Shown piece after piece: positions 18,816-28,222 of a stretch of 64,000 nucleotides of DNA. The stretch covers positions 32,001-96,000 of the forward strand of contig JAVRCV020000049.1 in the NCBI GenBank assembly GCA_034530615.2. The letters run 5' to 3'. Under the pieces are notes generated by a model that saw nothing but the letters and a program-made list of their open reading frames with translations, did not search any database and was not told the origin of the DNA. How positions within the stretch are numbered: position 1 is the first letter of the stretch; each line of letters opens with the position of its first letter. The DNA is from Aulosira sp. ZfuVER01 (GTDB taxonomy: Bacteria; Cyanobacteriota; Cyanobacteriia; Cyanobacteriales; Nostocaceae). The position numbers were made by a program, and so were the translations under genes.

Positions 18816-20981
18816 ATGGTCAGATTTGCTAAATATCCATGTGTTTTGCAACTTGCCGAATCCGACTGTGGAGCAGCATCCTTAGCCACTGTTGCAAAAT
18901 TCTACGGTCGTACCCTAACGATGAGTTACATCCGGGAAGTTGTAGGGACTGGGCAACAGGGAACTACTTTATTAGGGCTGAGGAGAGGAGCCGAGGCACT
19001 GGGTTTCAACGCCCAAGGTGTGAAAGCTACACCAGAAATTCTTGAGCAAATCGATATTATGCCTCTACCTGCGATTATTCACTGGTTGGGCTATCACTGG
19101 GTGGTTCTATATGGCAAACGAGGCAACAAGTATGTCATTGCCGACCCAGATCCAGCTATTGGTGTGCGTTATTTATCTCGTGAAGAACTAACCAAAGGCT
19201 GGCAAAACTACATCATGCTGTTACTAGAGGTAGATCAAGTAAGGTTTGAACAACAACAAGACGAGCAAGTTCATGGTTTAGGACACTTTTTGCGCCGTAT
19301 TTTACCTTATAGGCTAATTCTGGCTGAAGCACTGTTGCTTAACTTTGTTCTCGGTCTAATTGCCCTGACTTCTCCCTTCTTCATTCAAATCTTGACTGAT
19401 GATGTGCTAGTTAGGCAAGATACTCGGCTACTCAATGCTGTAGTAATTGCTGTTGCGGTGATGAGCCTTATCAGTAGCAGTCTCAGACTGGTGCAGTCTA
19501 ACTTAATAGCACATTTTGCTCAACGACTGGAGTTAGGTTTAGTTTTGGAATTTGTGCGCCAAATCTTGACACTGCCCCTGACTTATTATGAAACCCATCG
19601 TAGTGGAGAAATTATCAGTCGGCTGTATGATATTCAACGCATTAGAAATGTGATTTCCCAGCTATTTGTTAGTTTACCCAGTGAATTTTTTATTGCTGTC
19701 GCTTCTTTGGGATTACTACTATTTTATAGTTGGAAGTTAATGTTAGCTGTTACCTTCATTATTATTTTAATGATGATATCAACTATTGCAATTTTCCCAC
19801 ATTTGCGGCAAAAAACTAAACATATATTAGCTCAAGAAGGTGAAAAACAAGCAATTTTAGTTGAAACCTTTAAAGGGGCAATTACTCTCAAAACGACCAC
19901 AGCAGCGCCACAACTTTGGGAGGAACTTCAAATTCGCTCTAGCAGTGTAGCAAACTTAACATTTCGTGCTATCCAATTAGCAATTACAAACCAAACCTTC
20001 TCTGATACTACTTCGGTTCTTGGTAGCGTCGGCATACTTTGGTTTGGTAGCCAATTAGTGTTTGCTAAAGAACTTAGTATTGGTCAATTAGTAGCTTCCT
20101 ATAGTTTGACTCAAAATGTGATTCGCTTAATGACTGATTTAGTAGCGATTATTAATCAAATTATTTGGATACGAACAGCTGCTGAACGTCTGAATGAAGT
20201 GATTGATGCTAATCCTGAAGTCCAAAAAGAAGATTATCAAAAACCCTTTGTCAAGATAACTGCTGATGCTGATATAGTTTGCTCAAAAATTAATTTTAAC
20301 TATCCCGGTCAACTTGACTTATTAGAAGACTTTTCCCTGACTATTCCAGGTGGTCGTGTAGTTGCTTTAATTGGTGAATCTGGCTGTGGCAAAAGTACGC
20401 TTTCTAAACTCATAGCCGGACTTTATAACTTGGAATCTGGTAATATCCGTTTTGGTATTTATAACCGCCAAGACCTCTCTCTTGATTGTCTGCGCCAGCA
20501 AGTGATTTTAATTCCCCAAGAACCTCACTTTTGGAGTCGTTCAATTATTGCTAACTTTCGCTTGGGTGCGCCCCACGTGACTTTTGAAGAAATTGTCACA
20601 GCTTGTCAGCTAACAAAAGCAGATGAATTTATTAGTAAACTACCAGACAAATATCAAACTGTTTTGGGAGAATTTGGTGCAAGTATTTCTGGAGGACAGA
20701 GACAAAGATTGGCAATAGCAAGAGCAATTGTTACCGATCCATCAATCCTAATTTTAGATGAATCAACTGCTAATCTCGATCCTGTAACTGAGACTTATGT
20801 TTTGGATAAGCTGTTATTTTATCGCCAAAGCAAGACCACAATTCTAATCAGTCACCGTCCCAGAGTCATCAATCGCGCTGATTGGATTGTGCTATTAGAA
20901 CAGGGTAAAGTAAAAATGCAAGGTACTCCAGAACAGTTGCGCTCAAAATCAGGCGCTCATTTGGATTTTTTAACTCCTTAG
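18816..20981 (+). CDS. Peptidase C39-containing ABC transporter (PCAT, double-glycine peptide exporter)
   Basis: QLAESDCGAASL (catalytic Cys), HW.GYHWVV (His), IADP (Asp). ABC membrane domain, GESGCGKS, ISGGQRQR, LILDESTANLD, ISHR. Confidence 0.95.
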   Translation: MVRFAKYPCVLQLAESDCGAASLATVAKFYGRTLTMSYIREVVGTGQQGTTLLGLRRGAEALGFNAQGVKATPEILEQIDIMPLPAIIHWLGYHWVVLYGKRGNKYVIADPDPAIGVRYLSREELTKGWQNYIMLLLEVDQVRFEQQQDEQVHGLGHFLRRILPYRLILAEALLLNFVLGLIALTSPFFIQILTDDVLVRQDTRLLNAVVIAVAVMSLISSSLRLVQSNLIAHFAQRLELGLVLEFVRQILTLPLTYYETHRSGEIISRLYDIQRIRNVISQLFVSLPSEFFIAVASLGLLLFYSWKLMLAVTFIIILMMISTIAIFPHLRQKTKHILAQEGEKQAILVETFKGAITLKTTTAAPQLWEELQIRSSSVANLTFRAIQLAITNQTFSDTTSVLGSVGILWFGSQLVFAKELSIGQLVASYSLTQNVIRLMTDLVAIINQIIWIRTAAERLNEVIDANPEVQKEDYQKPFVKITADADIVCSKINFNYPGQLDLLEDFSLTIPGGRVVALIGESGCGKSTLSKLIAGLYNLESGNIRFGIYNRQDLSLDCLRQQVILIPQEPHFWSRSIIANFRLGAPHVTFEEIVTACQLTKADEFISKLPDKYQTVLGEFGASISGGQRQRLAIARAIVTDPSILILDESTANLDPVTETYVLDKLLFYRQSKTTILISHRPRVINRADWIVLLEQGKVKMQGTPEQLRSKSGAHLDFLTP

Positions 20982-21042
20982 CTGTAGGAGGCACCTTGAA
21001 TTGGAAGAAGCAATAACTAATGGTCATTGATGCTTGACAAAG

Positions 21043-21831
21043 CTAATTGTTAAAACTCACAATCCCAGACCACTGAACTTTTTTCTGCTGCGATCGGCGA
21101 TAAGAAAAGAAATGCTCTGGAGTTTGGTAAGTACAATAAGGAGCGATCGCAACTTGTTCGCCGCTAATTCCTAGGCTTTCTATCTGTAAAGCATTTACCC
21201 GTCGCACATCCACTCGGACTTTACCTGGGTCAGGGTCGGTAATTAAAGGAGAATTGGGTAGTTCATGTAAAGCATCGACAATCTTTTGTTCGTCTTCATG
21301 TGGCACAATACTAGAGCCAATTTCCGCAGCCACATCTACTGAGACTTGGTACACTTCCCCAGCGATCGCGGGACCCATCGCAATCCGCAAATCTTCAAGC
21401 TTGCTACCTTGTGCTTTCAAACGGGCGATCGCTTGCGGGACAATTTTCTTAGATGTACCCCGCCAGCCTGCATGAATTGCGGCTACCTGTCCGGTTTTCA
21501 CATCGCCAATCAGCACAGGCGTACAATCAGCGCTAGCAACCCACACTGCTTGCAAAGCCTTTTCACTCACTAAACCATCTGCTGATGCTAAAGCCGAATC
21601 ATCATCCCCGCCTGTGCTTAACTTGCTATCAATTTCTTGTGGGGTGAGAACAGTATTGCCATGAACCTGTTTCAAGCGATAAACTGATGCCTCTGGGTGC
21701 AGCACCTGTGTTAACTCTTGTGGTGAACGTGGCCAAAACGGATGGGTAAAGAAGCCGTGTTGCCAAGGTTCTAGGAGACTACAAGTAAGGTAGGGCATTC
21801 CTTGCCAATTGCGCCAGTGCCAAATGTGCAT
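21043..21831 (-). CDS. pgeF: PgeF/YfiH-family protein (peptidoglycan editing factor / purine nucleoside phosphorylase)
   Basis: KQVHG, ADGL, SADCTPVL, AIHAGWRG, FFSYRR. Confidence 0.9.
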   Translation of the reverse strand: MHIWHWRNWQGMPYLTCSLLEPWQHGFFTHPFWPRSPQELTQVLHPEASVYRLKQVHGNTVLTPQEIDSKLSTGGDDDSALASADGLVSEKALQAVWVASADCTPVLIGDVKTGQVAAIHAGWRGTSKKIVPQAIARLKAQGSKLEDLRIAMGPAIAGEVYQVSVDVAAEIGSSIVPHEDEQKIVDALHELPNSPLITDPDPGKVRVDVRRVNALQIESLGISGEQVAIAPYCTYQTPEHFFSYRRSQQKKVQWSGIVSFNN

Positions 21832-21908
21832 CTTAAACCAAACCTAAACAGAAAATCAGAATCAGCCAATTAATGCTAACTTGTACAACGGGATTTGGGT
21901 TAATTTAA

Positions 21909-22721
21909 GTGGGATTTAATCTGCAATATTTGTCAGATGCCCTGAAAGCAGGGTGTCAGTATTCATATTTACCATTTTCTTTACACATTTTTGATAGTGT
22001 AGCTTCAACGAATCAAACTCTCTGGAACTTGCTGAACCAGGGAGCGAAACCAGGATGTGTAGTAATTGCCACACAGCAGACGGCTGGGCGCGGTCAATGG
22101 GGTCGTCAGTGGATTTCGGCGGCTGGGGGATTATATGTTTCGGTAGCAATTAACCCCAAACTCGAGGCTACTGACAGTTACCAACTCACTTTCGCTAGTG
22201 CTTGGGGAATTGCCTCACAATTGCGAAAATGTGGTGTCAACGTAGGAATTAAATGGCCTAACGATTTAGTTTTAGAAGGTCGCAAGCTAGGCGGTATCTT
22301 GACTGAAACCAAAGTAAAGCAAGGAAAGATCGCTCAAGCCGTCATTGGTGTGGGCATTAACTGGGCAAATCCAGTACCAGAAACAGGGATTAACTTGGAA
22401 TCTTGGCAAGCTTCCCAACCCGTCAAACCCATTTCTTGTCTAGAAATGTTAACCTCGAAGATTTTATTGGGAATAGAATCCGGTATTGAGTGCCTTTGTG
22501 AAGAAGGAGTAAACATACTCTTGACTCACTATCTAGATTTACTGACGAATATGGGCGATCGCATACAAGTCAATAATCTTACGGGTACTGTAGTTGGAGT
22601 AACCTCTCAGGGTAATTTACGAGTTAATGTAGAAGCTTATAATACAAAGGAAGTAATAACACCAGAAATTTACATTGAACCCGGTACAATCAGTTTGGGG
22701 TACCAAAAATCTTCGGTTTAA
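21909..22721 (+). CDS. birA: Biotin--[acetyl-CoA-carboxylase] ligase
   Basis: STN, QTAGRGQWGRQW, IKWPND, KLGGILTE, GVGIN. Confidence 0.93.
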   Translation: MGFNLQYLSDALKAGCQYSYLPFSLHIFDSVASTNQTLWNLLNQGAKPGCVVIATQQTAGRGQWGRQWISAAGGLYVSVAINPKLEATDSYQLTFASAWGIASQLRKCGVNVGIKWPNDLVLEGRKLGGILTETKVKQGKIAQAVIGVGINWANPVPETGINLESWQASQPVKPISCLEMLTSKILLGIESGIECLCEEGVNILLTHYLDLLTNMGDRIQVNNLTGTVVGVTSQGNLRVNVEAYNTKEVITPEIYIEPGTISLGYQKSSV

Positions 22722-22813
22722 CTTTTAGGTTTGTTCACAATTTCGCTCTTTGGGCAAGACAAACCACCGGCATCATTCTGTTTAGACTATTTACACAAAA
22801 TTTGAGAGAACAA

Positions 22814-24373
22814 ATGACGCAGCCCAATCACTCTGCCCATAAACGTTTGACAGTGACATCAAAACGCTTTGCTTCTACGCTACCAGCACAGAGCCTCTGT
22901 TGGCTCAGTAGCTTTAGCCTCCTAGGTAACGGCTTGGTGTTAGCTCAAACGGAAACATCTATAGATAACATCGTTCCTACTATTGAAAATTCTCAGCCGA
23001 CTACAGTAATAAATCCCGTTAAAAAAGATACTGTAACACCAGCGGTAACTCAACCACAGGTAGAGTTTTCCGAACGGCGAACCAGACTCAAAAAGAGATT
23101 GCAAAGGGAAAATGTCTCCCAATCATCCCAGCCAGTTAGACAGTCGAAACCGAAAATTGAAGCTGCTGAACCTGTTGTAATTAGACGTTCAAAACCTCAA
23201 GTAGAAACTTCGCAGGTTGCACCAGCTAGGATCAACGAAGAAAAACCCACACCTGCGCCGTTACGCACTTTACCTGAGAAACTCCCAGAAGTTGCTCAAC
23301 CCACCAACAATTCCAATAGCCCTGTCGGTAGCACGGAAGTCAAACCGAAAGATTACAATAACGCCTATATTGACCCCAACGATTATCAAGTTGGTGGTAC
23401 TTATCAAGCACCCAATTCTGTAGTCATCACCGAACGCTCTAGTGGTTGTCGAGCGACTTTGCCCACAGGACAAGCTATATCAGCCAGTCTTTGTGCCAAA
23501 CCTAGTGGTAATCAGCGTGTAGCTGATGGTAATAGTAAAACATCACCCAGTTGGTTGAGAAGAAGCCAAAACGCTAAGTTAGCGACTGTTCCAGTCGTTA
23601 GACCCATCGCAACTACTGGTAACACCAGCAGATGGCGTAGTCCCCAAGTCCCTCCTGATAATGTTGCGACTCGCATTGCTGCTAGTGTCACCAAGAGCGA
23701 ATATCATCCGAATCGGTTTATTCCTAACCCCAGCGAATTCTCTACCACAAAAGTAAGTGCAACTCCAATTGCACCGAGTGGTGGTACTTTGCCAGCACCA
23801 ATGGCAGATGGTAATTTTGCACCCCGTCCTAGCACTGTTGCTTACGACTTTCCACTAGCGTCAACCTTACCGCAAATTCCCTATGTAGGCAGAGTTGCTT
23901 ATAGTGGTCAGGGAATGATGTTTCCCCTGACTATCCCGGCACCAATCACCTCATTGTTTGGCTGGCGAGTTCATCCCATCACAGGCGATCGCCGCTTCCA
24001 CGCCGGTACAGATTTAGGTGCGCCGATGGGTACGCCAGTTTTAGCCGCTGCCAAAGGTCAAGTAGAGACTGCTGACTGGATGGGAGGCTATGGTTTAGCT
24101 GTTACCATTAACCACAGTTCTGCTCAACAAACTCTCTACGGTCACATGTCACAAATCTTTGTGCGACCAGGCCAGTGGGTAGAACCGGGAACTGTAATTG
24201 GACAAGTTGGTAGCACTGGTGCCTCTACAGGCCCTCACCTGCACTTTGAAGTTCGCCACCTAACTGCAAATGGCTGGGTAGCAGTTGACCCAGGTGTAGA
24301 ACTCAATATCGCCTTAAGTCAGTTGGTTCAAGGCTTACAGACAGCTCAGTCAATCAAGCAACCAGGCAGTTAA
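22814..24373 (+). CDS. M23-family metallopeptidase with long low-complexity N-terminus
   Basis: ITSLFGWRVHP, HAGTD, YGHM, STGPHLHFE. Start uncertain (22802 or 22814). Confidence 0.88.
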   Translation: MTQPNHSAHKRLTVTSKRFASTLPAQSLCWLSSFSLLGNGLVLAQTETSIDNIVPTIENSQPTTVINPVKKDTVTPAVTQPQVEFSERRTRLKKRLQRENVSQSSQPVRQSKPKIEAAEPVVIRRSKPQVETSQVAPARINEEKPTPAPLRTLPEKLPEVAQPTNNSNSPVGSTEVKPKDYNNAYIDPNDYQVGGTYQAPNSVVITERSSGCRATLPTGQAISASLCAKPSGNQRVADGNSKTSPSWLRRSQNAKLATVPVVRPIATTGNTSRWRSPQVPPDNVATRIAASVTKSEYHPNRFIPNPSEFSTTKVSATPIAPSGGTLPAPMADGNFAPRPSTVAYDFPLASTLPQIPYVGRVAYSGQGMMFPLTIPAPITSLFGWRVHPITGDRRFHAGTDLGAPMGTPVLAAAKGQVETADWMGGYGLAVTINHSSAQQTLYGHMSQIFVRPGQWVEPGTVIGQVGSTGASTGPHLHFEVRHLTANGWVAVDPGVELNIALSQLVQGLQTAQSIKQPGS

Positions 24374-24375
24374 GT

Positions 24376-24500
24376 TGGGGATTGGGGGATAAGGAGGACA
24401 AGAGGGACAAGGAGGACATGGGGGACATGGGGGACATGGGGGATAATTCTTGGCTCTTGACCAATGCCCAATGCCCAATGCCCCATGCCCCATGCCCATT
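24376..24500. repeat. Short tandem repeats (ggggacatg units and atgccca/atgcccc heptamers) between convergent genes
   Basis: Direct reading of the tandem units. Confidence 0.7.
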
Positions 24501-24505
24501 TTCAA

Positions 24506-25186
24506 TTAAACATAGCCATGTTCTGCTAGGAATTCGGGTGTAATTCGATCGGAAGTAGAATTTTCCCCAGCTTTAGGGTTTTGTTTGCCAGAATAAAGGA
24601 ATTTTTCGACATATTTGCCAAGAATATCTCCTTCGAGATTTACCAAACTGCCAGGAACCAAATAGCGGAGATTGGTTTCGGCATAGGTGAGGGGAATTAC
24701 CGCCACTGTAAATTGGGAGAGTTCTGGCTGATATGTGGCTACTGTGAGGCTAATACCATTAATGGCAATACTACCCTTGGGAACAATGTACCGCGCGATC
24801 GCCTCAGATGCCGTAAAGGTCATTTCCCAAGAAGTTGCTGTTTGTTCTGCTGTCACCATCCGACCAACGCCGTCTACATGACCCATGACAAAATGACCGC
24901 CGACTTTGCTTCCTACCCGCAACGAAGCTTCTAGGTTGACATATTTCTGTGCTGTTTCTTCATCTCCTAAAGTCGTGCGGCGCAACGTTTCTGGTGATGC
25001 GGTGGCAATAAAACCGTCCTTTAAAACTTCTTCCACTGTCAGACAAACGCCATCGACTGCAATACTATCGCCGTAAGCCAAATCTTGCATAATTAAATTA
25101 GATGACTGACTTACAAAAGTAATCTGCCAAGAATCTCCCCCTAAGGGTTTCATGGTTCCTAACGCCTGGATCAATCCTGTAAACAC
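24506..25186 (-). CDS. ribE: Riboflavin synthase (alpha chain)
   Basis: MFTGL N-terminus, GDSIAVDGVCLT, GGHFVMGHVD, KGSIAINGISLT. Confidence 0.95.
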   Translation of the reverse strand: MFTGLIQALGTMKPLGGDSWQITFVSQSSNLIMQDLAYGDSIAVDGVCLTVEEVLKDGFIATASPETLRRTTLGDEETAQKYVNLEASLRVGSKVGGHFVMGHVDGVGRMVTAEQTATSWEMTFTASEAIARYIVPKGSIAINGISLTVATYQPELSQFTVAVIPLTYAETNLRYLVPGSLVNLEGDILGKYVEKFLYSGKQNPKAGENSTSDRITPEFLAEHGYV

Positions 25187-25527
25187 AGCTTTTTTGCCAA
25201 ATTAACTCTATTTATTGCCTAATTTTGCCTAAAATTCACTCGTAATTTCCTCCATAAATGCAGCCAAATTGGAGTATATTTTCTGACGTTATTTAAGATA
25301 GGGATATTATCACATTAACATCATGGACAAGGCATACTTGGGTAAGAGAGATATTGTCTAAGTAGACCACTTTGACTTACTCTGGTGTTCACATCAAGTT
25401 CGGAGTTTAATAGAAGCAATTATAGAGAACAAATGCCTATGTTTATTTCTGTCCCGAGCTTAACCCATCGAGGGTATTATTTGTTACTTATTAACCAAGT
25501 ACTCCAAGGAGCGTAGAGGCTTAGCCA

Positions 25528-26025
25528 ATGATTGAAATGAGAGTCGCTGGCATAGCATTAGATGCCATAACCCGCAGCCCAATTGTTCTTTTGAAAGATG
25601 CTTCCGATCGCCGTGCATTACCAATTTATATCGGTCAGGAACAGGCTAGGGCAATTGCGGGCGCAATAGAAAGTCAAAAGCCTCCACGGCCTTTAACTCA
25701 CGATTTAATTGTGAATATTCTAGAGACGTGGAACTTGACTCTAGAGAAAGTGATTATTCATTCCTTGCAAAAAGATACATTTTATGCAGCGTTAGTTGTT
25801 AAGCAAGGTGAGACTACAAAAGAAATCGATGCGCGTCCTAGTGATGCGATCGCCATTGCCCTTCGCACCAATGCCCCCATTTGGGTAATGGAAGAAGTCA
25901 TTGCCGATGCTTCTATCCCTGTCGATCGCGATGCTGATGAAGCAGAACAACAAGCCTTCCGTGAATTTATTTCTAATCTCCGTCCTGAGGATTTAATTAA
26001 GCGCTTTGGTAATGGCGAAAGTTAG
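25528..26025 (+). CDS. Bifunctional nuclease family protein (DUF151)
   Basis: LPIYIG, PPRPLTHDL, IDARPSDAIAIALR. Confidence 0.92.
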   Translation: MIEMRVAGIALDAITRSPIVLLKDASDRRALPIYIGQEQARAIAGAIESQKPPRPLTHDLIVNILETWNLTLEKVIIHSLQKDTFYAALVVKQGETTKEIDARPSDAIAIALRTNAPIWVMEEVIADASIPVDRDADEAEQQAFREFISNLRPEDLIKRFGNGES

Positions 26026-26285
26026 AAAATTACTGAAGTGCTAAGTACTGAGCTAAAAAGAATCAACAAATTAAACAATAAAGAACTAAGAAGAAAAAGT
26101 AAAGAAAAGCACACAATTTCTTTACTTTTTCTTCTTAAATTTTCACTCGCTTTGCGTGTCATTTGTTATTAGTCAAAAGTCCACACTCAACAGTCCATAG
26201 TCTAGAATTTTTTGACCATTGGCAACCCTCTCCTGCCGGAGACGCTACGCGAACATTAGTATTTTCAGTGTGCCAACCTACTTTT

Positions 26286-27410
26286 ATGCAATATCGACGC
26301 TTTGGCAAAACTAATCTACACTTGTCTGTTTTTTCCTTAGGAACAATGCGCTACCTAGCTGATGCAGAAAATGCCCAGCAAACTATCGAAAAAGCCTTAG
26401 CGTTAGGAATTAATCATATAGAAACTGCCAGAGGTTACGGCAAAAGTGAGGAGTTTTTTGGCAAAGCACTCAAAGCTGGTTTATCTGTACCCCGTTCTCA
26501 ACTTCACATCACTACTAAAATTCCGCCTACAGCCGATGTTGACACCATGCGTCGCTATATTGATGAATCCCTAGAAAGATTGCAGCTAGATTATCTAGAC
26601 TGCTTAGGAATTCATGGCTTAAACACTTGGGAACATCTGGAGTTGGTGCAAGCTGGTTGTATTGAAGCTGTACAGGAAGCGATCGCAGATGGTCGGGTGC
26701 GTCATGTTGGTTTCTCCACCCACGGATCGTTAGATTTAATTCTGGCGGCAATCAAAACAGACTTATTTGAATTTGCCAATCTGCATTATTACTATTTTTT
26801 CCAACGCCATGCACCAGCCATTCAGCTAGCGGCGGAGAAAGACATGGGAATTTTTATTATTTCTCCTGCTGATAAGGGAGGTCGCCTTTACACACCACCC
26901 CAAACCTTGAAAAATTTGTGTCATCCATTTTCACCTTTAGAGTTAAATTATCGCTTTTTACTCAGTGACTCCCGCATTACTACCTTGAGTGTAGGGCCAG
27001 CAAACCCACAGGAATTAATTGAACCTTTGCGAGTTGCTGACAGTGTTAATGAACTCAAACCAGAAGAAATTGCGGCTTTCCAGCGTTTAGAAAATCAACA
27101 AAAAACTACCTTGCAAACTGATAAGTGTAGCCAGTGCTATGCTTGTTTACCCTGTCCAGAAAAGATAAATATTCCAGAGGTATTGCGGTTACGTAATCTA
27201 GCTGTGGCTTATGATATGACCGACTACGGCAAATATCGCTACGGAATGTTTGAAAATGCAGGTCACTGGTTTGGGGGAATGAAAGCCAATCGTTGTACAG
27301 AATGCGGTGACTGTTTACCAATGTGTCCTGAACAGTTAGATATTCCTGCTTTATTAGAAGATACCCACGAAAGATTAAATGGCAAAGCAGGAAGAAGATT
27401 GTGGGGATAA
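26286..27410 (+). CDS. Aldo/keto reductase with C-terminal 4Fe-4S domain
   Basis: MQYRRFGKT start, ETARGYG, GFSTHG, CSQCYACLPCP and CTECGDCLPMCP. Confidence 0.9.
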   Translation: MQYRRFGKTNLHLSVFSLGTMRYLADAENAQQTIEKALALGINHIETARGYGKSEEFFGKALKAGLSVPRSQLHITTKIPPTADVDTMRRYIDESLERLQLDYLDCLGIHGLNTWEHLELVQAGCIEAVQEAIADGRVRHVGFSTHGSLDLILAAIKTDLFEFANLHYYYFFQRHAPAIQLAAEKDMGIFIISPADKGGRLYTPPQTLKNLCHPFSPLELNYRFLLSDSRITTLSVGPANPQELIEPLRVADSVNELKPEEIAAFQRLENQQKTTLQTDKCSQCYACLPCPEKINIPEVLRLRNLAVAYDMTDYGKYRYGMFENAGHWFGGMKANRCTECGDCLPMCPEQLDIPALLEDTHERLNGKAGRRLWG

Positions 27411-27453
27411 GCACGTTACACTGTTCGTGAAATGCGATCGCCCTAACAAAATT

Positions 27454-28065
27454 ATGCAAGTCACACATCAGCGATACTACACGCCAGAGGAATATTTGGA
27501 AATAGAGGAAGCTGCTGAGTACAAAAGTGAATATATTGATGGGCACATAATTCCAATGGCGCATGAATCTGTCAATCATAATATGATTGGGGGAAATTTT
27601 GCGGCTGCGCTAAATTTTGCATTTAAAAAACTAGATTACCAAGTTTTTATTTTTCAGTTGTGTTTGTGGATACCTCAAAAGCGGATCTATACATATCCAG
27701 ATGTGATGATTGTGGCAGGTGAAGTAGAGTGCTACAAAAACCGTACAGATGTCATTTTGAATCCACAGGTAATTATTGAAGTATTGTCTAAATCTACCAA
27801 AGCCTATGACCGCCACGATAAATTTGAGGCTTACCGGACAATTTCTACCTTTCAAGAATATTTATTAATCGATCAAAACCGGATTCATGTAGAGCAATAT
27901 TCCAAAACTGGTAAAAAGCAATGGGCGTTGCGTGAATACGATGAAGAAGATGAAGCGATCGCACTTGTAACCGTACCTTTTGAAATTTCCTTGCAAGATT
28001 TATACAACAAGGTGCAGTTTGAGCTTGTGGAGTCAGAGGTCGAAAGTCCTGATATGGAAGGATGA
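27454..28065 (+). CDS. Uma2-family endonuclease
   Basis: YTPEEYL..E....KSEYIDG, YPDVMIV, IIEVLSKST, EYLLIDQ. The start at 27454 is preferred over 27379. Confidence 0.88.
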   Translation: MQVTHQRYYTPEEYLEIEEAAEYKSEYIDGHIIPMAHESVNHNMIGGNFAAALNFAFKKLDYQVFIFQLCLWIPQKRIYTYPDVMIVAGEVECYKNRTDVILNPQVIIEVLSKSTKAYDRHDKFEAYRTISTFQEYLLIDQNRIHVEQYSKTGKKQWALREYDEEDEAIALVTVPFEISLQDLYNKVQFELVESEVESPDMEG

Positions 28066-28222
28066 GTTAAAGCGAGATCCCCCAGTATTACAAATTCAGT
28101 TATTTACTCTATGTTATGACAGTTACTCACCCAATTTAAATTATTTGTTAAATAATAAGATCTAAAATAATTTATGCCACCACTGCAATTTATGGAAAAT
28201 CACTTGATTTTAAGTCTTACTA

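Noticed and set aside
18816..20981. hetC
   Set aside because: At 721 aa it begins directly with the C39 domain and lacks the long N-terminal extension of HetC. No hetP-like neighbour.
25187..25527. FMN riboswitch upstream of riboflavin synthase
   Set aside because: No RFN consensus elements seen. The region is a short AT-rich divergent promoter.
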